Below are positions 49,545-59,943 of a stretch of 64,000 nt of DNA, in pieces. Below the pieces are notes generated by a model. It made no database searches, was not told where the DNA came from, and saw nothing but the letters and a program-made list of their open reading frames with translations. Position numbers and translations under genes: made by a program. Every line of letters begins with the position of its first letter. Position 1 is the stretch's first letter. The DNA is from Candidatus Falkowbacteria bacterium (GTDB taxonomy: Bacteria > Patescibacteriota > Patescibacteriia > JAACEG01): the NCBI GenBank assembly GCA_018651725.1, contig JABIDK010000019.1, forward strand, positions 3,894-67,893. Reading direction: 5' to 3'.

Positions 49545-50056
49545 ATTTCATCCCACTTGCTAACAACCATACCAATCTCTTCTATACTTTGCTCTAAATT
49601 AAAAATCTTATCTTTGCTAGCAACTTCTTCATTTGTTCTATTAAGCGCAATTACCAAACTAAAATGAAAATCTTTATATTGAGCGGGTACAACCATTTCA
49701 AAAAGTTTATCTAGGGTTTCATAGCTGAATTTGGCAATTTTTTCTTTAGTGCTGTTTAGTTTAATGTCCTGATAAGAAGCTATAATATCCTCAATTTTAG
49801 ATTTATATTCTTTTTCCAGCTTTTCTTGATTAACTTTTGGAAGAGCATTCTTCTTCGGATAATTTTCTCCGAGATTATTAACAACGCTATCTTTTTCTTG
49901 TTCTTTTGTTTTACGATGAGAAATATCGTCACTATAAAGAACTAAAAAACTATAGATAAAAGAGCCAATAAAAAGAACAATAAACGCCAACCCTAAAAGT
50001 TTCCAGGCCTTCTTGGTTTCGCTATGATTTATATTTTGTTGTTCGTCTTCTAACAT
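49541..50056 (-). CDS. Hypothetical protein with one N-terminal TM helix
   Basis: ORF only. Confidence 0.35.
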   Translation of the reverse strand: MLEDEQQNINHSETKKAWKLLGLAFIVLFIGSFIYSFLVLYSDDISHRKTKEQEKDSVVNNLGENYPKKNALPKVNQEKLEKEYKSKIEDIIASYQDIKLNSTKEKIAKFSYETLDKLFEMVVPAQYKDFHFSLVIALNRTNEEVASKDKIFNLEQSIEEIGMVVSKWDEI

Positions 50057-50087
50057 ATTTTTATCCTATCATTTTAATGAAATTAAA

Positions 50088-51188
50088 TCAAATTTTTTTT
50101 ATTCGGTTTATTAAGTCTAAGTAAAACTTTAAATTATGAATACTAGCCAAACGCTGACCTAAATTTTCATTCATTTTAAATAAATGATGCAAATAACTGC
50201 GAGAATAATTTCTACACAGTTCACAATCACAACTTTCATCTACAGATTTAAAATCATTCCTAAATTTAGCATTAGTAATATTAATTACTTTATATTTATG
50301 ACTTTTGACTCCGAGGTATATCCTCCCATGCCTAGCTTCACGCGTTGGTTTAACGCAATCAAACATATCCCAGCCATAGGAAGCGCATCTGACAATATCT
50401 TCCGGGGCGCCCACTCCAAGAGCAAAACGCAGAGAATCTTCCGGAATAAAACTGGCGGTCTTTTTCAGAACTTCGCTCATAAATTTTCCTTTTTTATCAA
50501 CATGCCTAGCACCAAAGCCATAACCATGAAATCCAATTTTCACTAGCTCTTCGGCACAATACTTCCGAAGGTCAATAAATGGACCACCCTGAATTACACC
50601 AAAAATAAGAGGCTTATTTTTACCAATTAAATTTCTTTTCTTAATTTGTTTATTGTACTCTGCTTTACATCTTTTCGCCCATTCAATAGTCCTCTCAACC
50701 GCGGCTTTAATTTTCTGTTTACCACAATCGTTGGGCGGAGGATCGTCAAAACAAACCATCATATCGACTCCTAAATCAAATTGAATTTGAATTGATTTCT
50801 CCGGAGTTATATTATGCAGACTTCCGTCTAAAGGAGAACGAAAAACAACTCCATTATCTGTAATTTTCCCCATCTTGGGATTTTTATGTATCAAAGAAAA
50901 AACCTGATACCCCCCGCTATCGGAAAGTAATGGTTTATCCCAATCCATAAACTTATGAATTCCACTGACTTTTTTAATAATTTTCATCCCCGGAGCCAAA
51001 AAAAGATGGTAAGTATTAACCACCATCGGCCCCATCCCAACATCACCTAAATCCTTTTTGCTCAAAGACTTGATATATCCCCGAGTCGCATCCGGCATAA
51101 AAAACGGGGTTTGTATTACCCCGCTTTTAGTACTAAATTTAACTATTCGGGAACTATCTTTCTTTGATTTCTTTATTACTTTAAACAT
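50088..51188 (-). CDS. tgt: Queuine tRNA-ribosyltransferase
   Basis: LLSDSGGYQVFSL, Asp nucleophile region, and zinc site CDCELC...H. Confidence 0.9.
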   Translation of the reverse strand: MFKVIKKSKKDSSRIVKFSTKSGVIQTPFFMPDATRGYIKSLSKKDLGDVGMGPMVVNTYHLFLAPGMKIIKKVSGIHKFMDWDKPLLSDSGGYQVFSLIHKNPKMGKITDNGVVFRSPLDGSLHNITPEKSIQIQFDLGVDMMVCFDDPPPNDCGKQKIKAAVERTIEWAKRCKAEYNKQIKKRNLIGKNKPLIFGVIQGGPFIDLRKYCAEELVKIGFHGYGFGARHVDKKGKFMSEVLKKTASFIPEDSLRFALGVGAPEDIVRCASYGWDMFDCVKPTREARHGRIYLGVKSHKYKVINITNAKFRNDFKSVDESCDCELCRNYSRSYLHHLFKMNENLGQRLASIHNLKFYLDLINRIKKI

Positions 51189-51189
51189 A

Positions 51190-53133
51190 CTACTCCACTA
51201 ATCCTCTCCCGCTTACCGTTGGGTCGTCTTCTATGTCGGTGGTTAGGGCTTTGTGAGTGTCTGCTAGCTGGGAGCCGGTTTTACTGTCGATTGCCTTTAG
51301 ATTGGTTTTATCAAGTAGGATTAGAATTTTATTTAAATCAGTTTCTTCAGGTGTAATGCTTATTTCAAAGTCTAAAGATGCTTTTTCTCCTGAATTTTCC
51401 AGATTTTCTATTTTCCATAAAACTTCTCTACTTTCTTCATTATACTCAATTTCGCCTAAGTTAGTGTTTATTTTTTCTGTCCAACTAACGTGGTCCGGTA
51501 ATTTTGCTTTCATCTCAACATTTTTAACTAAATGTAAATTTCCACCTACGCTCCAAAAAATTCTGTAGTGAGTTGTTTCTCCTACTTTAGGAGGAATTGG
51601 GCCGGAGCCAACCGCGATATTGTCGTTGTTAAAATAACGAGCCTCTGAACTGAGTTCAAGACTTGTGTTTATGTTCGCTATTATTTCATTGCTTTTCACT
51701 TTCAGCTCTACCTCTTCTTCGCCTACTTTTCCAATTTCTATTTCCGCCCAACTTTTTATTGTTAAATCTCCTCCTTTATAGTTAATATCAGACAAGGCTA
51801 CGACCGCTTCTTTTAAATCTACAAAAAAATCAATTACACCCTCTTCATTGGCTGAGAAAGAACTCAACTTAAGAATGTCCGCGCTGGTCCATAAAATTTC
51901 ACTTTCACTTCTGTGTCCTTTATTTTCTCCTTTTAAGCTCTCCCAGTCAAAAAGATTAACTTCTTTTTCCCCAACGTAAGCTTTAAGATAAGCTCTTAAT
52001 TTAATATTTTTCAAATCATCCTCTCCTTTATTTTCATAAATTATTGAGTAACTTAAATTATCTCCAAAATTAATTGCTTGATCGTTACCGGATCCATTTA
52101 AGATTAAATTTAACTCAACTTGCTTTTCTGTTGCCTTAACACTCAAAATATCCTCGGCTATTAAACTATATTCTCCATCTTTATTCCCAACTTCAATTCT
52201 AGCTGTGATATCTTGGCTATCTTCAACTTTATCACCAAAAACTCCTTTAATTTCAAATTTTTCTTCAGATCCCTTATCAAGCTTTTGGATTGTCCAGACA
52301 CTGTACTGAAAACCAAAAGGTATATCTTTAATTTCTTGATCTTTGTCGGGTTGAGTTGAAAAATCATCTGCAGAAAAATTTTCCGGATAAACAACAACAA
52401 GGCGCATATCTTCTATATTTTCTTCAGAGTTATTTTGAACCGTTACAATATATTCTGACTCTTTGTTTGGTAAAATTTGTTCTTGCCCCTCTACCTCAAG
52501 TACAATGGCTGCTGAAGTTATATTAGTTGAACCGGTAGCAAGTTCTTGAAACTCTGATGAAAAATTCTCAGGCTCATAAGAAAGTGAGGCTAAAACAGGC
52601 TTATCCTCGCCTTCTTTGCCTATTAAACGACCAATAACTTCAAGTTCGCCCTTGCCAAAGGCTTCTACATCTTCTAAATTAAAAACATTTTTATAGTCAT
52701 TTTCCGCCTCAATACTACTGGAATCAAAAATAAATCCCGATGGATAGCTGAGTAAAAGCTGTAATTTTGTCATCTTAACTTTATCACTGTTTTCATATTT
52801 AATTTTATAAATAACTTTTTCTCCGGAAGACACACTTTTCGGGCTTTCAATGCTCAAAACAATGCTTTTTGCAGGTTTTTTCTCATCATCTACTACCGGT
52901 TTATTAAATATCACCCAACCCACGATAAAAAAAATAGCTATCAAGAAAAAACAAGAAAATAAGCTGGTTAAAAACATTTTGAATCGACCTCTTGGTTTTT
53001 TCTCCAAATGACTCATATCAACCTCTTCTCCCTCCTCCTCATCGTAAATATCTGATAAATCATCTTTAATTTCTTTACTTTGGAAGTCTAATTCTTCTTC
53101 CTCATTTTTTGATTTTTTCTTAAATTTAAACAT
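51190..53133 (-). CDS. Membrane-anchored extracellular protein with repeated beta-sandwich (CARDB/DUF11-like) modules, hypothetical
   Basis: Acidic N-terminus, then a TM helix, then about 550 aa with periodic VxVxN motifs. Confidence 0.4.
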   Translation of the reverse strand: MFKFKKKSKNEEEELDFQSKEIKDDLSDIYDEEEGEEVDMSHLEKKPRGRFKMFLTSLFSCFFLIAIFFIVGWVIFNKPVVDDEKKPAKSIVLSIESPKSVSSGEKVIYKIKYENSDKVKMTKLQLLLSYPSGFIFDSSSIEAENDYKNVFNLEDVEAFGKGELEVIGRLIGKEGEDKPVLASLSYEPENFSSEFQELATGSTNITSAAIVLEVEGQEQILPNKESEYIVTVQNNSEENIEDMRLVVVYPENFSADDFSTQPDKDQEIKDIPFGFQYSVWTIQKLDKGSEEKFEIKGVFGDKVEDSQDITARIEVGNKDGEYSLIAEDILSVKATEKQVELNLILNGSGNDQAINFGDNLSYSIIYENKGEDDLKNIKLRAYLKAYVGEKEVNLFDWESLKGENKGHRSESEILWTSADILKLSSFSANEEGVIDFFVDLKEAVVALSDINYKGGDLTIKSWAEIEIGKVGEEEVELKVKSNEIIANINTSLELSSEARYFNNDNIAVGSGPIPPKVGETTHYRIFWSVGGNLHLVKNVEMKAKLPDHVSWTEKINTNLGEIEYNEESREVLWKIENLENSGEKASLDFEISITPEETDLNKILILLDKTNLKAIDSKTGSQLADTHKALTTDIEDDPTVSGRGLVE

Positions 53134-53168
53134 AAAATATTTTTATTACTTTTTAATGACTTTATAGA

Positions 53169-56090
53169 CTATTTCAATATATATCCGAATAATTTATCTG
53201 TGTTCAGTATTCCGGAAAATTCTTTTTTGGTTTTGTTAGTCCAAATTATCTCTGAGTTATCAGCTGCTTTTAAGGTGTGGTAAAAATAAGAGTTTATTCC
53301 GGCTTGTTTTTGCGCTAAAATAGTATACATTTTCCTATCAAGTTTAAACGGTAATTTGTACTCTATTTCAATAACTTCTTCTTCTCCAACATCGATCATC
53401 GACCAATTAGCTAAAATTGTTTTTTCAAATTGATCGTAGATATAAGTGCCGGACTGATCGTGAACCTTAAAACCACCTTCAAGTCTGGCTAAATCACTAT
53501 CTATTTCTAACTCTCCTTCCGGCTTTGGAAAATATTTTCCCTCTAACTCGTCAAATCCTCTTGCGCTAAGAAGCTCTGTTCCTTTTGGCAAATAAATTCT
53601 CATCCAGTTAAGATTACGGGCTTTTTGAAAATAATCTTTTGGATCACCGTTATGTGTTCTTTTTATAGTTAAATTATTTATAACTGAACCATCTTCTTGA
53701 ACTTCAGTTTTCAGGTCTATAACCTGAGAGATTACTCCGTCTGTTTTTCCTCCGGCGATATTAGTATTTACAACCATTAAATAATCAAGTGGGGTATCTT
53801 TAATTTCTCCGCTTAAAGAATATTTTTTAATAAGTTCCTGCATTTTTTGATCAGTAAAAAACAACTGCAAGTCTTTTTCTTTTACTATTTTATCCAAAGA
53901 GCCAAAAATATTAGCAAACCCACTTGAACTTTTTAAATCACCGGAATCGCTCCACAACTTATCAAAAATCTTGACGCATAAATCAGCTAAAAACTTTTTT
54001 GGTTTGTTTTCTGCTTTATCGTACTCCAACTCAACGTTATACTCTGCTACCCACATAAAGTTTTCCACAGTTACTATTTCGTTATATTCTGTCATTTCAA
54101 TCGGACCGGTTATTTTAAGAAGTTCTATCAGCACCTCCGGAGTAATCGCGATTACACCATCCACAGTCGGCCCTCCGCTTAACTCATAAAATTGCATCAA
54201 CTTTTTAGCTGAGCTTGGAAAATCAGGCCACCAGTTAGCGTCATGAAACTGCCAAAGAGGGGAAACCAAATACATTGGCTCCGGAGCGCTAATTCTTTTT
54301 GTTAAGCCGCCTTGCAGATTGTAACTTCCATCTTCAGGAAACTCTATATTTTTTATTTTTCCTTTGTTTATATCAAAAAGAGCAAAACTGCCGATAAATC
54401 CACCGGTTGCTCGAAGTTCATAGTTATTTTGAAAAACAATTAAATATCTCTTAAAACTGTCTTTACCTAAAAACTGCAACCAAAAATCCATTATTCCATT
54501 AAAATTTTGAAGCGAAGAAATAAAAACAGGCAAAAACTCTTTAAGCTTTATAAGTTTATCTTTGTCGTTTTCAGGCAATATATCCAAATTTATTTTAGAA
54601 AGATTATTTTCAGCTTCCTGTATTTTTTTCTTGGCCTGAGAAACATTTTCTTGAACTTTATTTATTTTTTCAAAAAAATCATCTCCCAGATTGATTGCTT
54701 TTACCTCTCTATTGTTAAATGTAATCAAGTCTTGGTTAAAACCGTTTTCTTTATCTAAAATTTCCTCTAAAGCCTTGTTTAAAAATACAGCTGCCTCACT
54801 AATGTTTTCCCCAAAAGATATAAGGTTTTTTCCAGCCAAAACTCTTCCTTCGTCAAACGGTACTTCTTGCAAAATTTTCAAAACTAAAGAATTTGTTTTC
54901 TGCAACTCTTCCTTGGCTAAATGAAAATTATTAAGCGACTCGGAAAAATAATAGTTAGCTTGCTCTAAATCGTTGGATAAAACAGACTCTCCACCAAGCT
55001 TTAACTGCTCCAAAGCTGTAGTGGTTTCTCCCAGAACTTTACCTTTTTTGTGGTAATTGGCGTTGTATAAAAATATTGCCTCAAACGGCAGAACCAACAC
55101 AAAGCAAACTATTAAGAAAAAAACAAAAGACCGCTTCCACTCTAAAGGAAAAGAAAATTTAAACATCCATGGTATTTTTCCTCTAGTTAACGAAGATAAG
55201 TCAATGAAAAAATTCTCAAGCCCAACCCACAAACTGTAAACAGGGAAAAACAAAGTTCTTAAAAATCCAATTTTATTCTGAAAATGCTCCTCTGTGATAA
55301 TCTCTTCTAACTTAGCAAAATTTACTTTAACTGTTTTTGGCTTTGCTTTTTTCTCTTGTTTTGTAAATTTTAAAGACCTAAAACTATTTTTTTCAGCCAA
55401 GGACTGATCAGCCTTTGGCTGGTTCTTTTTAGGGGTAGGGGTTTTGAAAAATCTTCTTTCTTTCTTAATTAAACCTTTTATCTCGTTAGTATTTTTTTCG
55501 CGTAAATCAACTAAATGAGGGGACTTCTTAAGTCCAGAAAGATCGTATTCAATCTCTATATTTTCTTGATCATTATTTTTACTTTCTTTCAAAGGGGCAA
55601 TATCTATTTTATCTTGAACAAAATCTTCTTTGCTTTCTTCCTTAGCTATTTTTTCAATCTGACCCAGGTCACCTTCTCTTCCTCCGGAATTTATCATGCC
55701 CCTGTGGTACACCTTGTCTTTTTCAGCCCCTCCCTTAATCAAACTATCCTCACGAACAAAGAACCTTCCGGTCTTATAAACACCAAAGACATCTTTTGAT
55801 AAACTCTCAGAGATCTCTTTAAAATGTATCCAATCAGCTTTTTTAGGCTTCTTTTTAATTTTTTTATTATCAACTAAAGTGCTTACTTTCTTTTTCGGTT
55901 TTTTAATCACTGTTTTTTTAACTGTTTTCTTCTTAATTACCTGTTTCTTAGGTTTTTTGACCACGCCCTTAACAACCTTTTTTGTAACTTTTTTCAAAGA
56001 AGGTTTTTTGATGGTTTTCTTTTTTCTACCTGCTTTATTTGCGCTAACATTGCGGGCAGGTATTTTTTTATTTTTTTGTTTTACAGCCAT
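53169..56090 (-). CDS. Large membrane protein with a cytoplasmic lysine-rich N-terminus, a single TM helix and a ~650-aa extracytoplasmic domain. Tentatively DUF4012-like.
   Basis: The N-terminal 70 aa are K-rich and similar to the RpoD N-terminus (KKIPARN...). TM at ~FVFFLIVCFVLVLPF. Conserved-looking ELRATGGFIGSFAL motif. Confidence 0.5.
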   Translation of the reverse strand: MAVKQKNKKIPARNVSANKAGRKKKTIKKPSLKKVTKKVVKGVVKKPKKQVIKKKTVKKTVIKKPKKKVSTLVDNKKIKKKPKKADWIHFKEISESLSKDVFGVYKTGRFFVREDSLIKGGAEKDKVYHRGMINSGGREGDLGQIEKIAKEESKEDFVQDKIDIAPLKESKNNDQENIEIEYDLSGLKKSPHLVDLREKNTNEIKGLIKKERRFFKTPTPKKNQPKADQSLAEKNSFRSLKFTKQEKKAKPKTVKVNFAKLEEIITEEHFQNKIGFLRTLFFPVYSLWVGLENFFIDLSSLTRGKIPWMFKFSFPLEWKRSFVFFLIVCFVLVLPFEAIFLYNANYHKKGKVLGETTTALEQLKLGGESVLSNDLEQANYYFSESLNNFHLAKEELQKTNSLVLKILQEVPFDEGRVLAGKNLISFGENISEAAVFLNKALEEILDKENGFNQDLITFNNREVKAINLGDDFFEKINKVQENVSQAKKKIQEAENNLSKINLDILPENDKDKLIKLKEFLPVFISSLQNFNGIMDFWLQFLGKDSFKRYLIVFQNNYELRATGGFIGSFALFDINKGKIKNIEFPEDGSYNLQGGLTKRISAPEPMYLVSPLWQFHDANWWPDFPSSAKKLMQFYELSGGPTVDGVIAITPEVLIELLKITGPIEMTEYNEIVTVENFMWVAEYNVELEYDKAENKPKKFLADLCVKIFDKLWSDSGDLKSSSGFANIFGSLDKIVKEKDLQLFFTDQKMQELIKKYSLSGEIKDTPLDYLMVVNTNIAGGKTDGVISQVIDLKTEVQEDGSVINNLTIKRTHNGDPKDYFQKARNLNWMRIYLPKGTELLSARGFDELEGKYFPKPEGELEIDSDLARLEGGFKVHDQSGTYIYDQFEKTILANWSMIDVGEEEVIEIEYKLPFKLDRKMYTILAQKQAGINSYFYHTLKAADNSEIIWTNKTKKEFSGILNTDKLFGYILK

Positions 56091-56245
56091 GAAAATTAAT
56101 CCACTAATAAAAATTACACGGACTCGTTAACTTATTGTTATTATAGTACATTTTTAAAAATAAACAAAATCAATATTTTGTCTTATATTCTACTTATTTT
56201 ACAATTAACTAGATAATTTAACTAATTGTAAAATAAATGTTTTTT

Positions 56246-57382
56246 TTACTTCTTTCGGATAGTTGTTACCAACAATACTCCGACTATTATTGCTACTAGC
56301 CCCATGCCGACCCAGGGTAGCCAGGGTTTGTTTTCGGTTATTCTGCTTTCTTGGTTGTCGCAAGCGTCTCCGATTTGGTCGTTGTCAATGTCACTCTGGG
56401 CGGAATTTGGTTTATCAGGACAGTTGTCTTTACTGTTTATTACGCCATCCAAATCAAAATCATCGCAGGCGTCTCCTCGTTTGTTATTATTTATATCGGT
56501 TTGTTTTGGATTTGGTGTTTTAACACAATTATCAATTTCATCCGGAACTCCATCTTTGTCAATATCGGCTTTTATGTATGTTGGATTATTTTTATTGACT
56601 GGATTAATTTTTAGAACCTCCTCCGGATTTCTTAAATTTCCCGATTCACTGACTGTAATATTAGGAATTCTATCCGGGTTAAAATAAATTTTATAATCCA
56701 TACCCGGTCTTGCCAAAAATCTAAGCCCGCTGGTAATTTCTCTTTGCTTTAATACTTCTTGACGCAATTCAAGCTCGGTAATGCGAAGTGGTTGTGAGTA
56801 TTCCAAGTAAATATTCCAAGTCGAAGCAGTAGTCTTAGGAAAATACACGCGCCTACCTCTCATTTTACTCTTGGCCAGAACAATATTTTCTCTAGCACCT
56901 TCTTGTGTTGTTATTTTAATGGATGTTGGAAGCGCTACATAATTATCCAATTGAATCACGAGCGAAGACGAGGTTATAGACTTATTACCTTTTATTACAA
57001 TTTTAGTTGAACCGTTGCCGTTATCAGGCAAAGAATATTCTGTAAAAGTCTTATTGTTTTCATCGATTAAATATTGATTAATTCCTTTTTGATGATTACT
57101 AAAAATGCTAATATTTGCCAATCCTCCTATCGCTATATTCTTACTTGAATTATAAAAATAATTTGGCTGAAAGTCGTCACCTACCTCAAGAACAGCGAAA
57201 TTTTTATTCTCAAGATAATCACTGTTAAATAAAACCTCAACAACTGTTGGAATTTTTATATCCAGACCTTCAACAACTTTAAATTCTTTATAAGCTTGCA
57301 AAATATCATCATTACTTTGAGCAGAAACAGAAAAAGAAAACAAAAAAACACTAATAATTAATAATAAAAATGATTTTTTCAT
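56246..57382 (-). CDS. Secreted protein with thrombospondin type-3 calcium-binding repeats and a C-terminal TM helix plus RKK anchor
   Basis: Signal peptide MKKSFLLLIISVFLFSFSVSA. TSP3 repeats: DIDKDGVPDEIDNC, GDACDDFDLDGVINSKDNCPD, DIDNDQIGDACD. C-terminus ...PWLPWVGMGLVAIIVGVLLVTTIRKK. Confidence 0.6.
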   Translation of the reverse strand: MKKSFLLLIISVFLFSFSVSAQSNDDILQAYKEFKVVEGLDIKIPTVVEVLFNSDYLENKNFAVLEVGDDFQPNYFYNSSKNIAIGGLANISIFSNHQKGINQYLIDENNKTFTEYSLPDNGNGSTKIVIKGNKSITSSSLVIQLDNYVALPTSIKITTQEGARENIVLAKSKMRGRRVYFPKTTASTWNIYLEYSQPLRITELELRQEVLKQREITSGLRFLARPGMDYKIYFNPDRIPNITVSESGNLRNPEEVLKINPVNKNNPTYIKADIDKDGVPDEIDNCVKTPNPKQTDINNNKRGDACDDFDLDGVINSKDNCPDKPNSAQSDIDNDQIGDACDNQESRITENKPWLPWVGMGLVAIIVGVLLVTTIRKK

Positions 57383-57386
57383 AGTT

Positions 57387-59081
57387 TTAATCGCGCTTTC
57401 GCATAAAAGCGGTACTAATAAATAAGGCTCCTATCAAAAAGAAAGTGAAGATCTTTCCTGTAATATTCATTCCCCAAACTTCAACGAATAATAATCGAAT
57501 TGTCACAAGCCCGAATAATATTTCGCCTGTAATACGATATGCTGTTATATCTCTTAATTTCCCGGCAATATAAAAATAAATACCAACTATAGTATAAATC
57601 GCCAAAGATATCATAGTAGCGAAATTATAAGTTAAAATAGCGTGCAGACTAAGCCAAACAATGGCTAAGGCATAAAAGCCACAAAGAGTAAACAAGACGA
57701 TTGTTATGTTTAACTCAGGCTTTCTGCTTAATTCTTCTGATTTTCTTTTTATGTAGAAATATATTCCAAGAAACAACAAAGCAATTGACAAAATAAGAAG
57801 CACGAAAAAATCACTATGTAAGACACTGCTTTGCCACACGCGAGCAGTAAGACTTTCAATTGACAACATTATTGGAACAGCGAACAAAAGACTAACAGCT
57901 TGAGCCGATCTATAGTCTTTAGAAAGATAAGCGGTTAAATAACTTATAATTCCCACCTCGATTGTGTAGGCAATAGTAAGAGCATTTCCGGAAAGCTCAA
58001 AGGCAGTAGCAGCAGCCAACATAATTACGGAAATTCCACTATAAACATACATTGGTTCTTTTAATTTAGTTGTCTTAAAAACAATAAAAGCGCCTAAAAC
58101 GAAAAATAAAGCGATCCCAACGGTTACAAGGCTTTTCCATTCGTCTGAGACAAGATCATTAATCCATACCAAAAGCAATAATCCGCTTGCTCCGATAACT
58201 ATTAAATCTGATTTTGTTGATTCTTTAGTAGAAATAATAGTTGCCAAGCTAACAGCATAATAAAGCAAAGTGTAAAGAAGAACAAAAAACAGTGCTATCA
58301 TTACATTTTCAACTCCACCCATTAAGTACGGGAAACTATAAACAGCTACCAAGCCAAGTGAAATTGGCGACAAAACTCTCCAGCCAGTAGCACCAACTAC
58401 CCACAGAGTACCGGCTGAAAGTAAAAATAAATAAGAAAACAATCCAAACGCGTCCGGACTTGAATTAGTAAGAAGCGGAGCTATACCACCGAGCGCAACA
58501 CTTAAAATTGCTAAAGGTAAACTTTTATTTTTAATACTTGAAATCGCTATAAAAACAACCACCATCGCCATTAATAAAAGAGCTGTAAGCGGAGTAAAAA
58601 AATCATAAATTTCTCGAGCCGCAAAAACAGTTAGCAAAATAACAGCTGAACCAAGAGCTAAAAACACGCTTCCTTGATTTTTAAATGATTTTATTCTCCA
58701 TTCGCCCAGCAAAAGAATTCCAAGTCCGGCTACAAGTCCAAGAGTAATTCTACCCTTCGGTCCGATCCAGTTATTCATAAAAGCATAACTTACCAGCCAA
58801 CCAAATCCAAGCAATATCAAAAATGCTCCCAACTTCATCGGCCAATCAGTTACAATCCAAGAAACAAAAGCCGATGGCTTTTGTTCTTCCAAAGGAATAG
58901 CTATCTCTTCCTGAACATTATCTGCCTGAAGATCATCCAAATCCAGTGATTTTATAGCTTTTGACTTAATAGCAGAAGGAATAACTTTTTCTTCTCCCTT
59001 TAATAATTTCTCTAAACGAGAAACCTTTTGGGCCAGTATAATACAAAAAATAATAGCCCCAATCGACAAAAAAATACTCAT
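57387..59081 (-). CDS. Polytopic integral membrane protein (about 14 TM) of unknown function, 4 nt downstream of the TSP3 protein gene
   Basis: Hydrophobicity pattern only. No catalytic motif recognised. Confidence 0.4.
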   Translation of the reverse strand: MSIFLSIGAIIFCIILAQKVSRLEKLLKGEEKVIPSAIKSKAIKSLDLDDLQADNVQEEIAIPLEEQKPSAFVSWIVTDWPMKLGAFLILLGFGWLVSYAFMNNWIGPKGRITLGLVAGLGILLLGEWRIKSFKNQGSVFLALGSAVILLTVFAAREIYDFFTPLTALLLMAMVVVFIAISSIKNKSLPLAILSVALGGIAPLLTNSSPDAFGLFSYLFLLSAGTLWVVGATGWRVLSPISLGLVAVYSFPYLMGGVENVMIALFFVLLYTLLYYAVSLATIISTKESTKSDLIVIGASGLLLLVWINDLVSDEWKSLVTVGIALFFVLGAFIVFKTTKLKEPMYVYSGISVIMLAAATAFELSGNALTIAYTIEVGIISYLTAYLSKDYRSAQAVSLLFAVPIMLSIESLTARVWQSSVLHSDFFVLLILSIALLFLGIYFYIKRKSEELSRKPELNITIVLFTLCGFYALAIVWLSLHAILTYNFATMISLAIYTIVGIYFYIAGKLRDITAYRITGEILFGLVTIRLLFVEVWGMNITGKIFTFFLIGALFISTAFMRKRD

Positions 59082-59130
59082 AGGTTTTGTATGGTTAAAT
59101 TAAGTTATTTGCTTTAATAATATCATATTT

Positions 59131-59856
59131 TCAATGATTAACAAAATTGTCTTTTATTCTATCTTTTAAAACCAGCCAAGAAAAAACAACAACCGCTGTT
59201 AAAATTCTCTTTATTCTCTTCGGCTCTTGGATTAAGCGCCAAAGCCACTCTATGCCTAAAATCCTCATTATTTTGGGGGCACGCTTGATTTTTCCTGTTA
59301 GAAAATCAAAGCTGCCACCTACTCCCATAGCTACTTTTACAGACGATATTTTAGCTAGATTATGATAAATAAATTTCTCTTGTCTTGGCGCACCGAGTGC
59401 TACCAAAAGAATTTGGGCATCAGTTTGCCGAGTTTGTCGAGGTTCAACCTCGCTAAATACGTTGAATTTTAAATTTGGATATTTTTTTTCTAAAACAAAC
59501 CTTATTTCTTCATTACTGGAAAATTGCTTTTCGTGGTTTAAAATACAAACTTTATAACTCTCTTTTTCAGCTAAACGTAAAATATCTTTGGTTAAATCAG
59601 CTCCGCTGATACGATTTTTAATAATCGGGGGAAACAAAAAAGAAGCCAATTTTACACCAAAACCATCCGTTAAAGATAAATCAGCCTTATTTAAAATATG
59701 AAAAAATTCCTCATTATTTTGGGCCTTAACCAAAAACTCCGGATTAACAGTTGTAATGTAATGTTGTTTACTAGAAATTAAAAACTCTTTAATCTTTTCT
59801 AAGACTTTTTCTTTTGACAGATTATCGATTTTTACGCCTAAAATTTTAATTGACAT
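59131..59856 (-). CDS. WecB/TagA/CpsF-family glycosyltransferase (GT26; N-acetylmannosaminyltransferase-like)
   Basis: N-terminal ILGVKIDNLS...HYITTVNPEF, a central LLVALGAPRQEKFI motif, and the family length. Confidence 0.8.
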   Translation of the reverse strand: MSIKILGVKIDNLSKEKVLEKIKEFLISSKQHYITTVNPEFLVKAQNNEEFFHILNKADLSLTDGFGVKLASFLFPPIIKNRISGADLTKDILRLAEKESYKVCILNHEKQFSSNEEIRFVLEKKYPNLKFNVFSEVEPRQTRQTDAQILLVALGAPRQEKFIYHNLAKISSVKVAMGVGGSFDFLTGKIKRAPKIMRILGIEWLWRLIQEPKRIKRILTAVVVFSWLVLKDRIKDNFVNH

Positions 59857-59895
59857 ATGTAGTATTCTAACATATTAACAGTTATGTTTGCAAAC

Positions 59896-59925
59896 AAAAG
59901 AGCCCGTCTTAGACGGGCTCTTTTT
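59896..59925 (-). terminator. Rho-independent terminator downstream of the 1350-aa surface-protein gene
   Basis: aaaaGAGCCCGTCttaGACGGGCTCttttt: 9-bp GC-rich stem plus a T-run on both strands. Confidence 0.75.
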
Positions 59926-59943
59926 ATTATAACTCTTTATTTT

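Noticed and set aside
56263-56687. Three nested plus-strand ORFs (86-127 aa) antisense to the TSP3-repeat protein gene
   Set aside because: Stop-poor antisense frames caused by locally elevated GC. There is no start context or domain signal, and the minus-strand gene has clear signal-peptide and TSP3 motifs.
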